64,000 nucleotides of DNA, taken from the IMG/VR virus record IMGVR_UViG_3300037067_003400, positions 64,001 to 128,000 of that record; one strand, given 5' to 3'. Made by a program: the position numbers and the translations under genes. Below the pieces are notes generated by a model. That model was not told the DNA's origin. It searched no databases and worked only from the letters and a program-made list of their open reading frames with translations. Numbering within the stretch: the stretch's first letter is position 1; every line of letters begins with the position of its first letter. The DNA comes from a virus. Its lineage: Duplodnaviria; Caudoviricetes. Positions 28,717 through 39,127 of the stretch are shown here, one piece after another.

Positions 28717-30814
28717 GAAGAAGCCTCCTTATGTAAAGCCTAAAGCTATGCTGGTTGTAGGTGGAGCTGGATTTATAGGTTCTCATTTTGTAGAAGCGGT
28801 AGTTAATAATACTTCTGATGTAGATACTTCTGGAGTAGAGGTTGCTGTAGTAGATGCTTTAACTTATGCTGGGAATAAAGATTATCTGAGCTCCGTAGAA
28901 GATAAGATAAAGCTTTGGGTAGAAAATATATCTAATGATGATTTCTTTAATTCTATGCGTACTATATTTCCTATGTATGATACTATTGTTAACTTTGCTG
29001 CTGAGAGTCATGTGGATAGATCTTTTGAAAACTACAGAACCTTTATAGATACTAATATAAAAGGAGAGGCTGCTATTTTAAAAGCTATATATAAGGCTAA
29101 GAATCTTAGACACTTATATGTATCTTGTTATGATACTGCTACTCGTGCTCTAACTAAAGACGGGTTGAAATATTATGACGAGTTAAAAATTGGGGATGTT
29201 GTATTTACATTAAATGCTTCTGATAATTTGGAAGAACAGCCTATAGAAAACATTATAATTCAAGACTATTCAGGAGATATGATTAGTCTATCTAATAGAC
29301 GTGTAGATATATTAGTTACACCTAATCATAGGATGTATGATAGAAACCTAAATGTTTTTGAAGCATGTGATTTGTTAAGAGGTTCTAAGTATAAATCTTA
29401 TGAATTACCATATCCTGTAGTAGGTATTGGTTGTAAAGATAGTATAATAATAGATGGTAAAGAAGTAGATTTGTGTGATTTGTTTTATTTATCTGGTATT
29501 TTTATAGGGGATGGTTTTTTAGCTTATCAGGAAAAAGAACTTGTAAATAAAAGTGGTCTAAGTAGACAAGGTTTTTTGAGCAGAAGAAATTCTAAAGGGC
29601 AGTTTGTTTCAGGTAGAACGGGAGATGTTTCTACTACTACCTCTAAGGGTTGGCGCATTTTTATTGACGTACCAGAAAATGATAAATGTAGAAAACGTTT
29701 GGAAGATACTTTAAGTAGATTGGATATAAATTATTCTATACAAAAGGGTAAGTCTGGAGAGCATATATACTTCACTTCCGAAGTGTGGTCTGATTATTTT
29801 AAACAATTTGGTGAGTATGCACAAAACAAAACTATACCAGAATGGATGCTACAATATGATCCACAGTATCTTATGTGTTTGTTTAAAGGACTTATGGATT
29901 CAGACGGCCATGTCATAGATCATAGTTGCTTTATGTATTCTACTGTTTCTATTAAACTTACAGAAAAGATATGCGAGCTTGGTTTAAAAGTAGGGTACTA
30001 TCCGAAGGTATATGATAGATATTGTGAATCATATATAGATGGAAGGAAAATTTCTGGTAGTAGCAAACAAATATTATTTGGTATGCGCCCTAGAACTATT
30101 AGGTACGATAAAATATGTACCAAAGAATATAATGGTAAGGTTTGGTGCATTAAGGTAAAGAATAAAAACTTCTTAACTGAAAGAAATGGTTGTTTTTCTT
30201 TTTCTGGTAATACTGATGAAATTTATGGGACTCAATCTTATGTCCCATCAGTAGAAACTACTCCAGCTGATCCTACTAATATTTATTCTATAACTAAGGT
30301 AGCTGCTGAGCAGTTAGTTGCCTACTACCATAAGAATTATGGAGTTAATACAATTGTAACAAGAGGCTCTAACACTTATGGAACCAGACAATATCCAGAG
30401 AAAGTTATTCCCTGGTTTATAAATAACTTACTAAAAGGAATTAAGTGCCCTGTATATGGTAAGGGTGAAGCCAGAAGATACTATATGCATGTGGATGATC
30501 ACGTTAATGGTATACTACATGCTCTTTACTATGGTGAAGCTGGTGAAGCTTACAATGTAGGAGCTACTAATAGCGAGTATAGTACTGTAGAACTTGCTAC
30601 TATATTAATTAGTGTCATAAAGAAGATTAGTATAGAGGAAGCTAAAGACTCTCTAAGTAACTATATAGAATTCATAGAAGATAGAGTTGCTAATGACAGG
30701 CGGTACATGATGAATTCCCAGAAACTAACAGAACTATCAGGATGGTATCCTAAGAGAACTTTAGTTGATGGTATAGAAGAAGTTATTGATTACTATAGAG
30801 AGAGGATTATTTAA
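28700..30814 (+). CDS. rmlB: dTDP-glucose 4,6-dehydratase with intein
   Basis: GGAGFIGSHF, DALTYAGN, NFAAESHVDRS, VS|intein|TDEIYG, YSITK, NTYGTRQYPEKVIP. Confidence 0.92.
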   Translation: MKIFSKKKPPYVKPKAMLVVGGAGFIGSHFVEAVVNNTSDVDTSGVEVAVVDALTYAGNKDYLSSVEDKIKLWVENISNDDFFNSMRTIFPMYDTIVNFAAESHVDRSFENYRTFIDTNIKGEAAILKAIYKAKNLRHLYVSCYDTATRALTKDGLKYYDELKIGDVVFTLNASDNLEEQPIENIIIQDYSGDMISLSNRRVDILVTPNHRMYDRNLNVFEACDLLRGSKYKSYELPYPVVGIGCKDSIIIDGKEVDLCDLFYLSGIFIGDGFLAYQEKELVNKSGLSRQGFLSRRNSKGQFVSGRTGDVSTTTSKGWRIFIDVPENDKCRKRLEDTLSRLDINYSIQKGKSGEHIYFTSEVWSDYFKQFGEYAQNKTIPEWMLQYDPQYLMCLFKGLMDSDGHVIDHSCFMYSTVSIKLTEKICELGLKVGYYPKVYDRYCESYIDGRKISGSSKQILFGMRPRTIRYDKICTKEYNGKVWCIKVKNKNFLTERNGCFSFSGNTDEIYGTQSYVPSVETTPADPTNIYSITKVAAEQLVAYYHKNYGVNTIVTRGSNTYGTRQYPEKVIPWFINNLLKGIKCPVYGKGEARRYYMHVDDHVNGILHALYYGEAGEAYNVGATNSEYSTVELATILISVIKKISIEEAKDSLSNYIEFIEDRVANDRRYMMNSQKLTELSGWYPKRTLVDGIEEVIDYYRERII
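29126..30211 (+). mobile_element. intein (362 aa) with LAGLIDADG endonuclease in rmlB
   Basis: CYDTATRALTKDG start; VTPNHRM block B; GIFIGDG and GLMDSDG; YNGKVWCIKV...FSGN|T. Confidence 0.93.
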
Positions 30815-31246
30815 TGAAGAATTCTATGAATATATGTATAAGATTAAATATGGCTAACCCCTCAGATTGTTTCGATGAAGACTTTGAAAGAGTTGTTACC
30901 ATCCCTATAGATATATCAAGGCAAGAACTTTTAAACAAAGTTTCTGAAGCTTATTTTGAAGCTGTTACTGAGCTATGTGATAGTTTCGAATATTATAAGA
31001 GTGAAAGTAATGTTTAAGTTTGATGTGAATACGGATATAATAAGAATATTAGAAACCTTTGTAGAGATGGTAGAAGTAAAAGCAGAGCAGGAGATTCTTG
31101 TTTCCTCTAATTCTAACTTGAAATTAGAGGTTACACAGGTAATAGAGGGTGCACATTATAGAGCTATGCACACTGTGCTTAACGATTTAAAAAGTAGTTT
31201 GAGTAGGGAGGGCAGCGTATGAACCTTTAGCAATGGAGGTTAGTAC

Positions 31247-31879
31247 ATGAAAATAGTAGAACCAAGTTATGAAATATTGTATCCAGTAGATGATCTGGAA
31301 AGTTTGTCTCAGCTTAGAAGGATAGAACTTGCAGCAAGAACGTGCTATAAATCAGAAGACAAGATAACTGTTGATAGTTATAGAAAGTTTATCAAGATGC
31401 TTGTAGATAAAGAGCATGATGCTATGCTGGGATTTGGAGAAATGCACGTCAAGTTTATTTGTGACAGAGGTGTGTCACATGAGTTAGTTCGTCATAGACT
31501 GTGCGAATTTGCACAAGAGTCTACAAGATATTGTAACTATAAGTCAAAAGGTATCCAGGTTGTATGCCCTGAAGAAGTTTATACTAAAGATGATGATACT
31601 TATGCTATATGGGAAGATACTATGGATACATTAGAAGTTGCATATGATAAACTGATAGAGTCAGGGTGTAAACCTCAGATAGCAAGGTCGGTACTTCCAA
31701 CGTGTGTTAAGACAGAGATACATATGAAGGCTGACTTTCAAGAGTGGAGACATATATTTAAACAGAGAACTTCTGTAGCTGCCCATCCACAGATGAGAGA
31801 GCTTATGGTACCATTACTTGCTAATGTAAAAAGTCTTATTCCTGTAGTGTTTGATGATATTGAAGTGTGGAATGGATAA
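31247..31879 (+). CDS. thyX: flavin-dependent thymidylate synthase
   Basis: AARTCYKS, RGVSHELVRHR...QESTRY, ARSVLP, WRHIFKQR, AHPQMR. Confidence 0.95.
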   Translation: MKIVEPSYEILYPVDDLESLSQLRRIELAARTCYKSEDKITVDSYRKFIKMLVDKEHDAMLGFGEMHVKFICDRGVSHELVRHRLCEFAQESTRYCNYKSKGIQVVCPEEVYTKDDDTYAIWEDTMDTLEVAYDKLIESGCKPQIARSVLPTCVKTEIHMKADFQEWRHIFKQRTSVAAHPQMRELMVPLLANVKSLIPVVFDDIEVWNG

Positions 31880-31880
31880 T

Positions 31881-31954
31881 GGGAGTTTGGTACAGTGGTA
31901 GTATGTTGGTCTCCAAAACCAAAGACAGTAGTTCGATTCTACTAACTCCTGCCA
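31881..31954 (+). tRNA. tRNA-Trp(CCA)
   Basis: GGGAGTT/AACTCCT + GCCA; TTGGT-CTCCAAA-ACCAA; AGTAG-TTCGATT-CTACT. Confidence 0.92.
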
Positions 31955-31983
31955 CCTTAAAGTGGACATAGGTACTATGTATA

Positions 31984-32001
31984 TGGTATAATATAAGGTA
32001 G
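31984..32001 (+). promoter_or_regulatory. putative promoter (extended -10 TGnTATAAT)
   Basis: TGGTATAATATAAGGTAG upstream of dut. Confidence 0.6.
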
Positions 32002-32049
32002 TAAATAATAGGAGTAGAATATTTTTTATATCCTACGTAGGAGTACTTA

Positions 32050-32484
32050 TTGAAGATACCAATACAATCTAAGAGACTACATAAGAATGCTATACTACCT
32101 AAGTATGCATTTGAAGGTGATGCAGGTGCTGATTTATTCATACCAACAGATTTAGTTATCTACCCTGGGGAAATCCTCGCTGTGGGTACTGGATGGGCAA
32201 TGTATATCCCACCAGGGTATGAGCTACAGATAAGGTCCAAGTCTGGACTTACATTAATATATAAAATAAAAGTAGCTAACTCTCCAGGTACTATAGATAG
32301 TAATTATACTGGAGAAGTTAAAGTGTTGTTAGAGAACAATGGTAAAGAGGATAAAGTATTTGTAGTTGGTGACAAGATTGGACAGGCAGTTCTTGCCCCA
32401 GTGTTGAAGGCTGACTATCAAGAAGTACCAGAGCTTCCAGAAACTGATAGAGGTGCTGGAGGTTTCGGACACACAGGTTATTAA
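32050..32484 (+). CDS. dut: trimeric dUTPase
   Basis: AGADL, RSKSG, GTIDSNYTGE, DKIGQ, RGAGGFGHTG. Confidence 0.95.
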   Translation: MKIPIQSKRLHKNAILPKYAFEGDAGADLFIPTDLVIYPGEILAVGTGWAMYIPPGYELQIRSKSGLTLIYKIKVANSPGTIDSNYTGEVKVLLENNGKEDKVFVVGDKIGQAVLAPVLKADYQEVPELPETDRGAGGFGHTGY

Positions 32485-32837
32485 GAAGAGGGGTATCCTC
32501 TTCGATTAATAGAGAGAGGAGGGCATGTAGATGAAGGTTACGGCACAACTGATTGAGCAGTTCGGATTGCCAGAGGAAAGCCTTGGTGGTTTTTACTTTG
32601 TGCATTTCGAAAGAGTGAAAGACGTAGACCCTACCGCTCCAGCGAATGTTGCTACTCATCTCACAGGTAGATGTGAGGCGAAGTTAGAACTTCCGAACGG
32701 TAGTTGTTATCAAGCTGAATCTAAGTTACATCCCAAGGATAAGTATAAGTTTAGCAAACGCTTATCCCATACGATTGTAGTTAATCGTATAAAGCATCAA
32801 ATGCACAATATATAATAATAAAATAAAGAAACAATTT

Positions 32838-32871
32838 GGGCAGCTTAACTACGGTTAGGCTACCCCCTTTT
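32838..32871 (+). terminator. putative intrinsic terminator
   Basis: GGGCAGCTTAAC-TACG-GTTAGGCTACCC followed by CCTTTT. Confidence 0.55.
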
Positions 32872-32979
32872 ATTGATGGTGGTATGAATGCACGTACTTA
32901 TAATAATAGTAGTAGCTATTCTAATTGTGTTTGGTATTATAACAGGGGTGTATTTTTTATCTAACCTGTTTAGATTGGG

Positions 32980-33354
32980 GTGGTTTCATTGAATACTGAG
33001 GAACTTAACAAGAAATTAGAAAGTAGGTTCTGTGAAGGGTGTTGGCCTTTCTGTGATATAGAAGATGGCTGGGCTGATTTAGTTTCTGAGTTGGATGACA
33101 AGATAAGTGCTTTAGATCCAGGTTATACTTTAGCACAGGTAAAAGAAAAGTATGGTAGTTTAAGATACTATACTCTTTTAATTAAGTCTGATGTAGCTGA
33201 TACTATCTTCTCTTTGATTGATGAGTATGAGGAAAAGAGTTTGCATGTCTGTGAGATATGTGGAGAAGAAGGTTCTTTAAAAGAAAAGAATAAGTGGTTT
33301 AAGACTTTATGCGATAAGCATTATGATATGTGGCTGAGGAACAAAAGATGGTAG
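32980..33354 (+). CDS. conserved phage hypothetical protein with C-terminal Zn finger
   Basis: GWADL...QVKEKYGSLRYY...CEICG...TLC..H. Confidence 0.6.
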   Translation: MVSLNTEELNKKLESRFCEGCWPFCDIEDGWADLVSELDDKISALDPGYTLAQVKEKYGSLRYYTLLIKSDVADTIFSLIDEYEEKSLHVCEICGEEGSLKEKNKWFKTLCDKHYDMWLRNKRW

Positions 33355-33968
33355 CTAACATGTGGGTATACTCTGGTAAGTATGTAGACGTTCTTAATAT
33401 CACACCAGAAGATATTACTCTAAAGGATATAGCTATTCCTTTGTCTCGACTTAATAGATTCAATGGACACACAAAACATCCCTGGACAGTAGGAGATCAT
33501 AGCTTACTGTGTCTCAGAATATATCATGAGAACAAAGAAAAGATAGCAAGAGAATATGAGGAAGGTATAGACCCTATTGTAGAGTTGCTTATACTAACAC
33601 ACGATGCTTCTGAAGCTTATCTGGGAGATGTTATTAACCCACTAAAGCATAATGGTGAGTATGATTTTTACAGGGAGCTTGAGTATAAGACTCAGATTGT
33701 TATACTGGAAGCTATGGGATTAGATGGATATATGCTACATGCTATGCATGCAGAGTATGTTAAATCTTTTGATATGAAAGCTTTAAGTTTGGAATGCAAT
33801 AAGTTTCTTAGGAATATTCCCAAGGAGTTAGTGCAAGAGTATGACGTTCCATTCCTTGAATACACAGGACACTTTCGTCATGACGAACAGATAGCAAGTA
33901 TCTACGAGGAGAATGTAAAGCGTCTCATTAAAGAGATTGGTTGCATACCCTCACCGATGTTTATGTAA
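33348..33968 (+). CDS. HD-domain nucleotide phosphohydrolase (YfbR/YfdR-like)
   Basis: RFNGHT...TVGDHSL...LTHDASEAYLGDVINPLK. Confidence 0.88.
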   Translation: MVANMWVYSGKYVDVLNITPEDITLKDIAIPLSRLNRFNGHTKHPWTVGDHSLLCLRIYHENKEKIAREYEEGIDPIVELLILTHDASEAYLGDVINPLKHNGEYDFYRELEYKTQIVILEAMGLDGYMLHAMHAEYVKSFDMKALSLECNKFLRNIPKELVQEYDVPFLEYTGHFRHDEQIASIYEENVKRLIKEIGCIPSPMFM

Positions 33969-34024
33969 GCATACATAGACATATTAACATCCAAGATAGC
34001 GTCTTGGGAAAGGACTTAGTGCTT

Positions 34025-34573
34025 ATGTTAAAGTTGTCTACCTTACTACAGATAGCTGCAATTGCTTTTGTTTTTGTTGCTGCTGTAAACTGTGATAAGA
34101 ATAGACCACAAAAACTAGAGCAGGTAAAACCAGCTGTAGTTAGGAGCTACACTGCTACGCAGTCTAAGACTGCCAGCAAAGCAGAGATAGACAAGAAGAA
34201 GTCTATTGGGAAGGAAGCTCCAAGGTTAGTACCCCAGAAGAAAGTTACCAAGAAAGTAGCCTGGAATCTGGGGACCATAACAGTCTATCATAGAAAATTT
34301 GAAGGGCGAAGGACTGCCCGAGGCGATGTCTTTAGACATAGCAAAAGAACTGTAGCATGTAATCACGGTAAACTGGGTAGGAAGATAGAGATAATGTATA
34401 ATGGTAGGCATAAGACTGTTGCTGTTGTTAATGATAGAGGTGGTCTGCCCTACGATAAGCCAGGAAAGTATCAGTTTGATGCTACTAATCGCATAGCTAA
34501 AGACCTTGGCTTATATACATTGACTAAGAATGGTTCTACAAATAGAACTGTGAAGTGGCGGTACGTAGATTAG
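34025..34573 (+). CDS. exported RlpA-like double-psi beta-barrel protein (lytic transglycosylase-like)
   Basis: N-terminal hydrophobic signal; TARGDVF...TVAC...VVNDRGG...FDAT. Confidence 0.75.
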   Translation: MLKLSTLLQIAAIAFVFVAAVNCDKNRPQKLEQVKPAVVRSYTATQSKTASKAEIDKKKSIGKEAPRLVPQKKVTKKVAWNLGTITVYHRKFEGRRTARGDVFRHSKRTVACNHGKLGRKIEIMYNGRHKTVAVVNDRGGLPYDKPGKYQFDATNRIAKDLGLYTLTKNGSTNRTVKWRYVD

Positions 34574-34590
34574 TCTACTTGCCTAATGGT

Positions 34591-34664
34591 GTAGTGCTGA
34601 GCCGAATTAATTGGGTTACCACTTGAAATGATACTCCCAATTAAACTAACTTGCTTAGCACTAT
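34591..34664 (+). ncRNA. Y RNA-like gene 5 (orphan)
   Basis: GTAGTGCTGAGC-C-GA pairs with TT-GCTTAGCACTAT; TTAATTGGG/CCCAATTAA; TTACC; intergenic. Confidence 0.85.
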
Positions 34665-35040
34665 AATTATTTGAGGTGCTATATGATTAATTTAGCAAAG
34701 CTTGAAGCAAGTATAAAGGAGCTTAAGTATATAATAATTGACTTGGAACTACAACTTAAGAAGAAAGATAGAAAAATCTTTGAGTTGGAACAAGAGTTAG
34801 CAAAAGCACAAACTACTATTGTATGTATGAAAACGTTTAATGATAAGGATAGTTTGGGTATATACTAATGAAGGTTGATAAAGCTTTTCCACTTGCTCTT
34901 ATTGTATTAAGTGTAGGTGCTGGGGTAACTTACTTTTGCACTGGGGATATTCGCCGGGGCATTTATTGGGTAGCAGCTGCTATCCTTAATATCTGTGTAA
35001 CTTTTTAGAAGGTAGCGAAGCTACAGAGAGGATATTGTTA

Positions 35041-35403
35041 ATGAGCGTAACTTATAAAGAATTGGTAAAGTTTGTTAAAGACCATCCATGGTTGAAGAAA
35101 GAAGTTGTCAGTGTTTATGACAATGATGAGGGCATCAGCTTTGAAGTTGATTCCATTGAGGGTGGAGAACTTATCATAAAAGATTATGATGAGGAATGTG
35201 AAGATGAATGTTGCTGTGAAGATTGCTGTGAAGAAGATGATGAGTGCGACGAAGATTGTGACTGTGACGAATGCAATGAAGATGAGCCAGACGTTATAAT
35301 CAGTCCTATCATAGATTGTGGTAGTATAGAAAATCCTATAAGACCAGACTTCACTGTGATAACACCACAGAATACACGTGTAAACATTGTAATAGAAGAT
35401 TAA
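35041..35403 (+). CDS. small protein with Cys/Asp/Glu low-complexity tract
   Basis: DEECEDECCCEDCCEEDDECDEDCDCDECNED. Confidence 0.6.
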   Translation: MSVTYKELVKFVKDHPWLKKEVVSVYDNDEGISFEVDSIEGGELIIKDYDEECEDECCCEDCCEEDDECDEDCDCDECNEDEPDVIISPIIDCGSIENPIRPDFTVITPQNTRVNIVIED

Positions 35404-36114
35404 GTAATATGAGTAGGAAGTAGCGACTCCTACTCTATTATAATGAGGTAGCATTATTGATTGTTTGTAAAGATTGTGACAAAAAAGAAAAGAATGATAC
35501 AAAGTTTGAGGATTGCGTAATAGGTAATCCTTATTTTTGTGGTGAGTGTTATACTAATAAGACTAAAGAAAGTGAGGAAGCCAAATGAAATACTTTCCTG
35601 TTATATTTATTATACTTATGCTTGTGGCATTGTATGTATTGGAAGAGACTTGGGTTCCTAAATCTGTTGGGCCCACGTCTGGAATATATAGCTTTGAATT
35701 CAAAGTCTTACAAGGGTTGGGAGCTAACGAAGAAAAAACTATAAGAGTAATTAGTCATAAAGATAAGTATACTATTAATGTTAATGGTGAAGATTTTTAT
35801 GGAGTTCAAGAAAGTAGAGAATTTAAAGTAGGCAGAGTAATACTTAATAGGCTTCCTAATGATAGGCTTGAAGTATCTGTTGGTCAGGAATTTGTTGATA
35901 TAGTAGCTCTTACTAAAGAAGATAAAAGGTATCCTACTAATAAGAATCTTAATGGATTACCTATTAGATATGAAGAGTTTGACTTAGATGGTGATATAGT
36001 TTATGACTATACTTATTACTCTAAGAACTATGGTGTATGGTCAACAGTAGAGAAGAAGACTACTAAGTATCCTAAATTATTTATGGATGTAGCAACTTCT
36101 TTTAAGGAGCTATA

Positions 36115-37470
36115 ATGAAAATTATATTAGTTATATTTTTAATGTTATGTTCGTTAGTTGTTAACGCACAAGCTCCCTTTCCAGTGTATGAAAAGACTAT
36201 AGAACTCCCAGGTAATATAGAATACTTTTTAGGAGAGTGGAACCCTACTCTTACTCAGACACAGCCTGGTGGTATGTTAATAACTGCCCGCTTTGATGAT
36301 TTTGATGCCCCATTTGGTGGCTATAACTTTAGGGTATTGCAACATAATGGAAGAGTATATCCTTTGTTTCCTCTAAATAGGTGGGGGCTTAATGTCTTAA
36401 CAGGATATACTATGTTGTATTATCCAACTAAGATATCCCCAGGCAAAGCATACATGCCAGTGTGGTTAGCCAGTAGCTTGTTTGGTAGTCATAGAGTAGA
36501 GATGCATGGACAAATTAAAGAAGAGAAGTCTTTTGGTAACTGGATGCTTCAGACTGATAAGAGGTGGGCTAATGAATTATATGGTAAGTATAAGAACACA
36601 ACTATTTCTAAATATGGTTGTTGTTTTATTTCTTACTGTATGGCTGAGTCTGCCTGGCTTGGTAGAGACATAGATCCTATTGACGCTAATGATTACCTAC
36701 ATAGTCAGAAGGATGGCTACATGGGTAAGAGTGGGCTGTTAGTTAATGGTGGAGCTATGGCACGGTATGCTACTGAGAGATTAGGATTTCCTATGAGATT
36801 AGTTTCTTCTGGGATGTCTCTTTCCGAAAGTTTAAGTAGAGGCTTGTCTCCTATTGCAAAGTATAATAACAGGGGACACTGGGCTATGGCTTATGGTAAA
36901 CGTTGGAATGGTAAGAGTTTTGATTACTTAAACTGGGACCCTATGGGTAGAGGTTACTATGATACTGTTGCTGGTTATGGTGGACTTAGTGAAAACAATA
37001 CAAGAGTTCTCATTCCAGTAGTGGAAAGGTTAACTTCTACAGCAATGGTTGCAAGAGATGGTGACTACGAACCTGGAAAGCTTCCTATGTGTGTAGCGTT
37101 AGCTCCAGAAATTACACGTGTAACACCTGCGGCACGAACAATTTCCCAGGACTATGGACAAAGTAGTATAATAGCATTTGTAGATAGTGGTAATGTATCT
37201 TTATCCTTATGGTATAGACAAATGCCTATAGCTCAATCTATCACAGAACATATAGAAAGTTGTGATGGAACTAACTCTATAGGAGAAACCATTATGGAAG
37301 TTTACAATCTACCTTTAGGTAGTTATATGCTACAGATTTCAGGTATGCCTAAACAATCTTATAGAGTTGTTGTCTGGGAATATAATTATCACGGAGACTT
37401 ATTGGATAGGGTTATAACTGGAGTTATACCTTACAGTAGAAATAGGTTTGTAAATATATTACATATGTAA
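36115..37470 (+). CDS. exported protein with C39-like cysteine peptidase domain
   Basis: Signal peptide; QTDKRW...YGCCFISYCMA...GHWAMAYG...WDP (Q/C/H/D). Confidence 0.75.
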   Translation: MKIILVIFLMLCSLVVNAQAPFPVYEKTIELPGNIEYFLGEWNPTLTQTQPGGMLITARFDDFDAPFGGYNFRVLQHNGRVYPLFPLNRWGLNVLTGYTMLYYPTKISPGKAYMPVWLASSLFGSHRVEMHGQIKEEKSFGNWMLQTDKRWANELYGKYKNTTISKYGCCFISYCMAESAWLGRDIDPIDANDYLHSQKDGYMGKSGLLVNGGAMARYATERLGFPMRLVSSGMSLSESLSRGLSPIAKYNNRGHWAMAYGKRWNGKSFDYLNWDPMGRGYYDTVAGYGGLSENNTRVLIPVVERLTSTAMVARDGDYEPGKLPMCVALAPEITRVTPAARTISQDYGQSSIIAFVDSGNVSLSLWYRQMPIAQSITEHIESCDGTNSIGETIMEVYNLPLGSYMLQISGMPKQSYRVVVWEYNYHGDLLDRVITGVIPYSRNRFVNILHM

Positions 37471-37728
37471 GGGAAATTATTATGATTGAGCCTATAGATG
37501 TTTGTAGATTCACTGGGTGCTACCTCGATGCCAAGAGTAGAGTTGTTACAGTTGTAACAGCTGGTAGGAGATGTGAACATAGTATGTTAGGTGAGTACAA
37601 TTGTGACAAGCATGCAGAGTATGAAGCTAAGTTTAATACTATGAGTGTGTTCTTATGTAGAGACCACATGGAAGAGTTTATAGATACTAATGAACTATAT
37701 AAGAAAGTAGATTAACCTGGTCTTAAAT

Positions 37729-37751
37729 TGGGTATAATATTTATAGGGTAG
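37729..37751 (+). promoter_or_regulatory. putative promoter upstream of the methyltransferase
   Basis: TGGGTATAATATTTATAGGGTAG followed by hairpin AGGGTA-GCAA-TACCCT. Confidence 0.6.
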
Positions 37752-37779
37752 CAATACCCTTAATTTTTTGGAGGGTGTT

Positions 37780-38550
37780 ATGGATGTAGAATTTAAGGAT
37801 GTAGTAAAAAAGGATTCCCAGATTGCTCTTTATAATGATGATTGTTTGAATGTGCTACCAACTCTTAAAGATAAGTCTGTAGATCTTATACTATGTGATC
37901 TTCCATATGGAGTAACTAATAATAAGTGGGATTCTGTTATTCCCTTGGACTTTTTGTGGGAACAGTATAAGAGACTCATAAAAGATAGAGGAGTTATAGT
38001 TCTTACAGCAGCACAGCCCTTCACGTCTATACTAGTTGTTAGCAACTTAGAGATGTTTAAATATGATATAGTATGGGAAAAGACAATAGCTTCTAACCAA
38101 CTTAACGTAGCGCATCAACCTCTTAGAATTCATGAGTCTATTTTATTATTTTATAACAGTCCAGCTACATATAATGAGCAGTTGAGTATAGGCAAACCTT
38201 ATAAAATAACTAGAAAAGCTGAGTATAAAAATGAGAGTTATGGTAAACAGGCTAGTTCTGAAAAAGATAATACTGGATTTAGACATGCTACTAGTGTCAT
38301 TAAAATATCTAATCCTAGAATAAAAGGTGGTCATCCAACTCAGAAGCCAGATGAGCTATTGAGATATTTAATTAAAACATATTCTAACCCAAGTGATTTA
38401 GTATTAGATAATGCTATGGGCAGCGGGTCTACTGGGGTAGCGGCTATAGCTGAGAGTAGACGTTTTATTGGTATAGAATTAGATGAAACATACTATAGTG
38501 GTGCAGAAAAGTATATTAAAAATATTGTTAGGAAGATGGAGGCAGAATAG
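37780..38550 (+). CDS. DNA amino-methyltransferase (N6A/N4C, beta class)
   Basis: LILCDLPYG, HPTQKP, VLDNAMGSGSTG, FIGIE. Confidence 0.93.
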   Translation: MDVEFKDVVKKDSQIALYNDDCLNVLPTLKDKSVDLILCDLPYGVTNNKWDSVIPLDFLWEQYKRLIKDRGVIVLTAAQPFTSILVVSNLEMFKYDIVWEKTIASNQLNVAHQPLRIHESILLFYNSPATYNEQLSIGKPYKITRKAEYKNESYGKQASSEKDNTGFRHATSVIKISNPRIKGGHPTQKPDELLRYLIKTYSNPSDLVLDNAMGSGSTGVAAIAESRRFIGIELDETYYSGAEKYIKNIVRKMEAE

Positions 38551-38551
38551 T

Positions 38552-39127
38552 ATGTTAACAGATGAGCAATTCGCTGATATTAAGTTTTGTGCTTCAGTTT
38601 TAGATTACGTTAGAAATCTACCAGAAGCTAAAAGTACTACTGGTTTTTTTGATGAACCTATTGATAGATTCATTGCTATTATGAGGATGTTTAATCCACA
38701 ATCATATGGATCAAGAATAGAAAAAAGAATAATACATGATGGTGGTTTTATATCTGTAGCAGGTAAAGATAAAGGAGACTGTAGAGATGGTTTGGGAGAC
38801 CATTATGAGGTGAAAGCTTCTATAATTACTAATTATAACCCAGTTCTAAATTTAGTACAGTTGCGCCCTTGGCAGGATATAAAAGGTTATTTATGTATAG
38901 CTTTTGATGTTAGGGTCGAACCTATGGGGATAGAAGTTTATCGTTTAGATATCAACCAAATGAAGTCTGAGTGTGAGTTGCTACATGCAACTTCTGCACA
39001 CGGAACCCAAGAAGCTAATAGAAATAATGAAAATATAGAGTTGGCTTTGAGAGTTCCAATGAATAAGGAAGATGCTAATTATATTAGATGGCAGAGATAT
39101 AGAAGTACATTTAGTTTTAATAGATAA
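38552..39127 (+). CDS. putative PD-(D/E)XK endonuclease (restriction-like)
   Basis: GDCRDGLGDHYEVKAS, VQLRPWQ; starts 1 nt after the MTase stop. Confidence 0.6.
   Translation: MLTDEQFADIKFCASVLDYVRNLPEAKSTTGFFDEPIDRFIAIMRMFNPQSYGSRIEKRIIHDGGFISVAGKDKGDCRDGLGDHYEVKASIITNYNPVLNLVQLRPWQDIKGYLCIAFDVRVEPMGIEVYRLDINQMKSECELLHATSAHGTQEANRNNENIELALRVPMNKEDANYIRWQRYRSTFSFNR

Noticed and set aside
33348-33968. HD hydrolase as DatZ of a Z-genome (2-aminoadenine) pathway
   Set aside because: No purZ homolog in the window; the motifs fit generic YfbR/YfdR-like enzymes.
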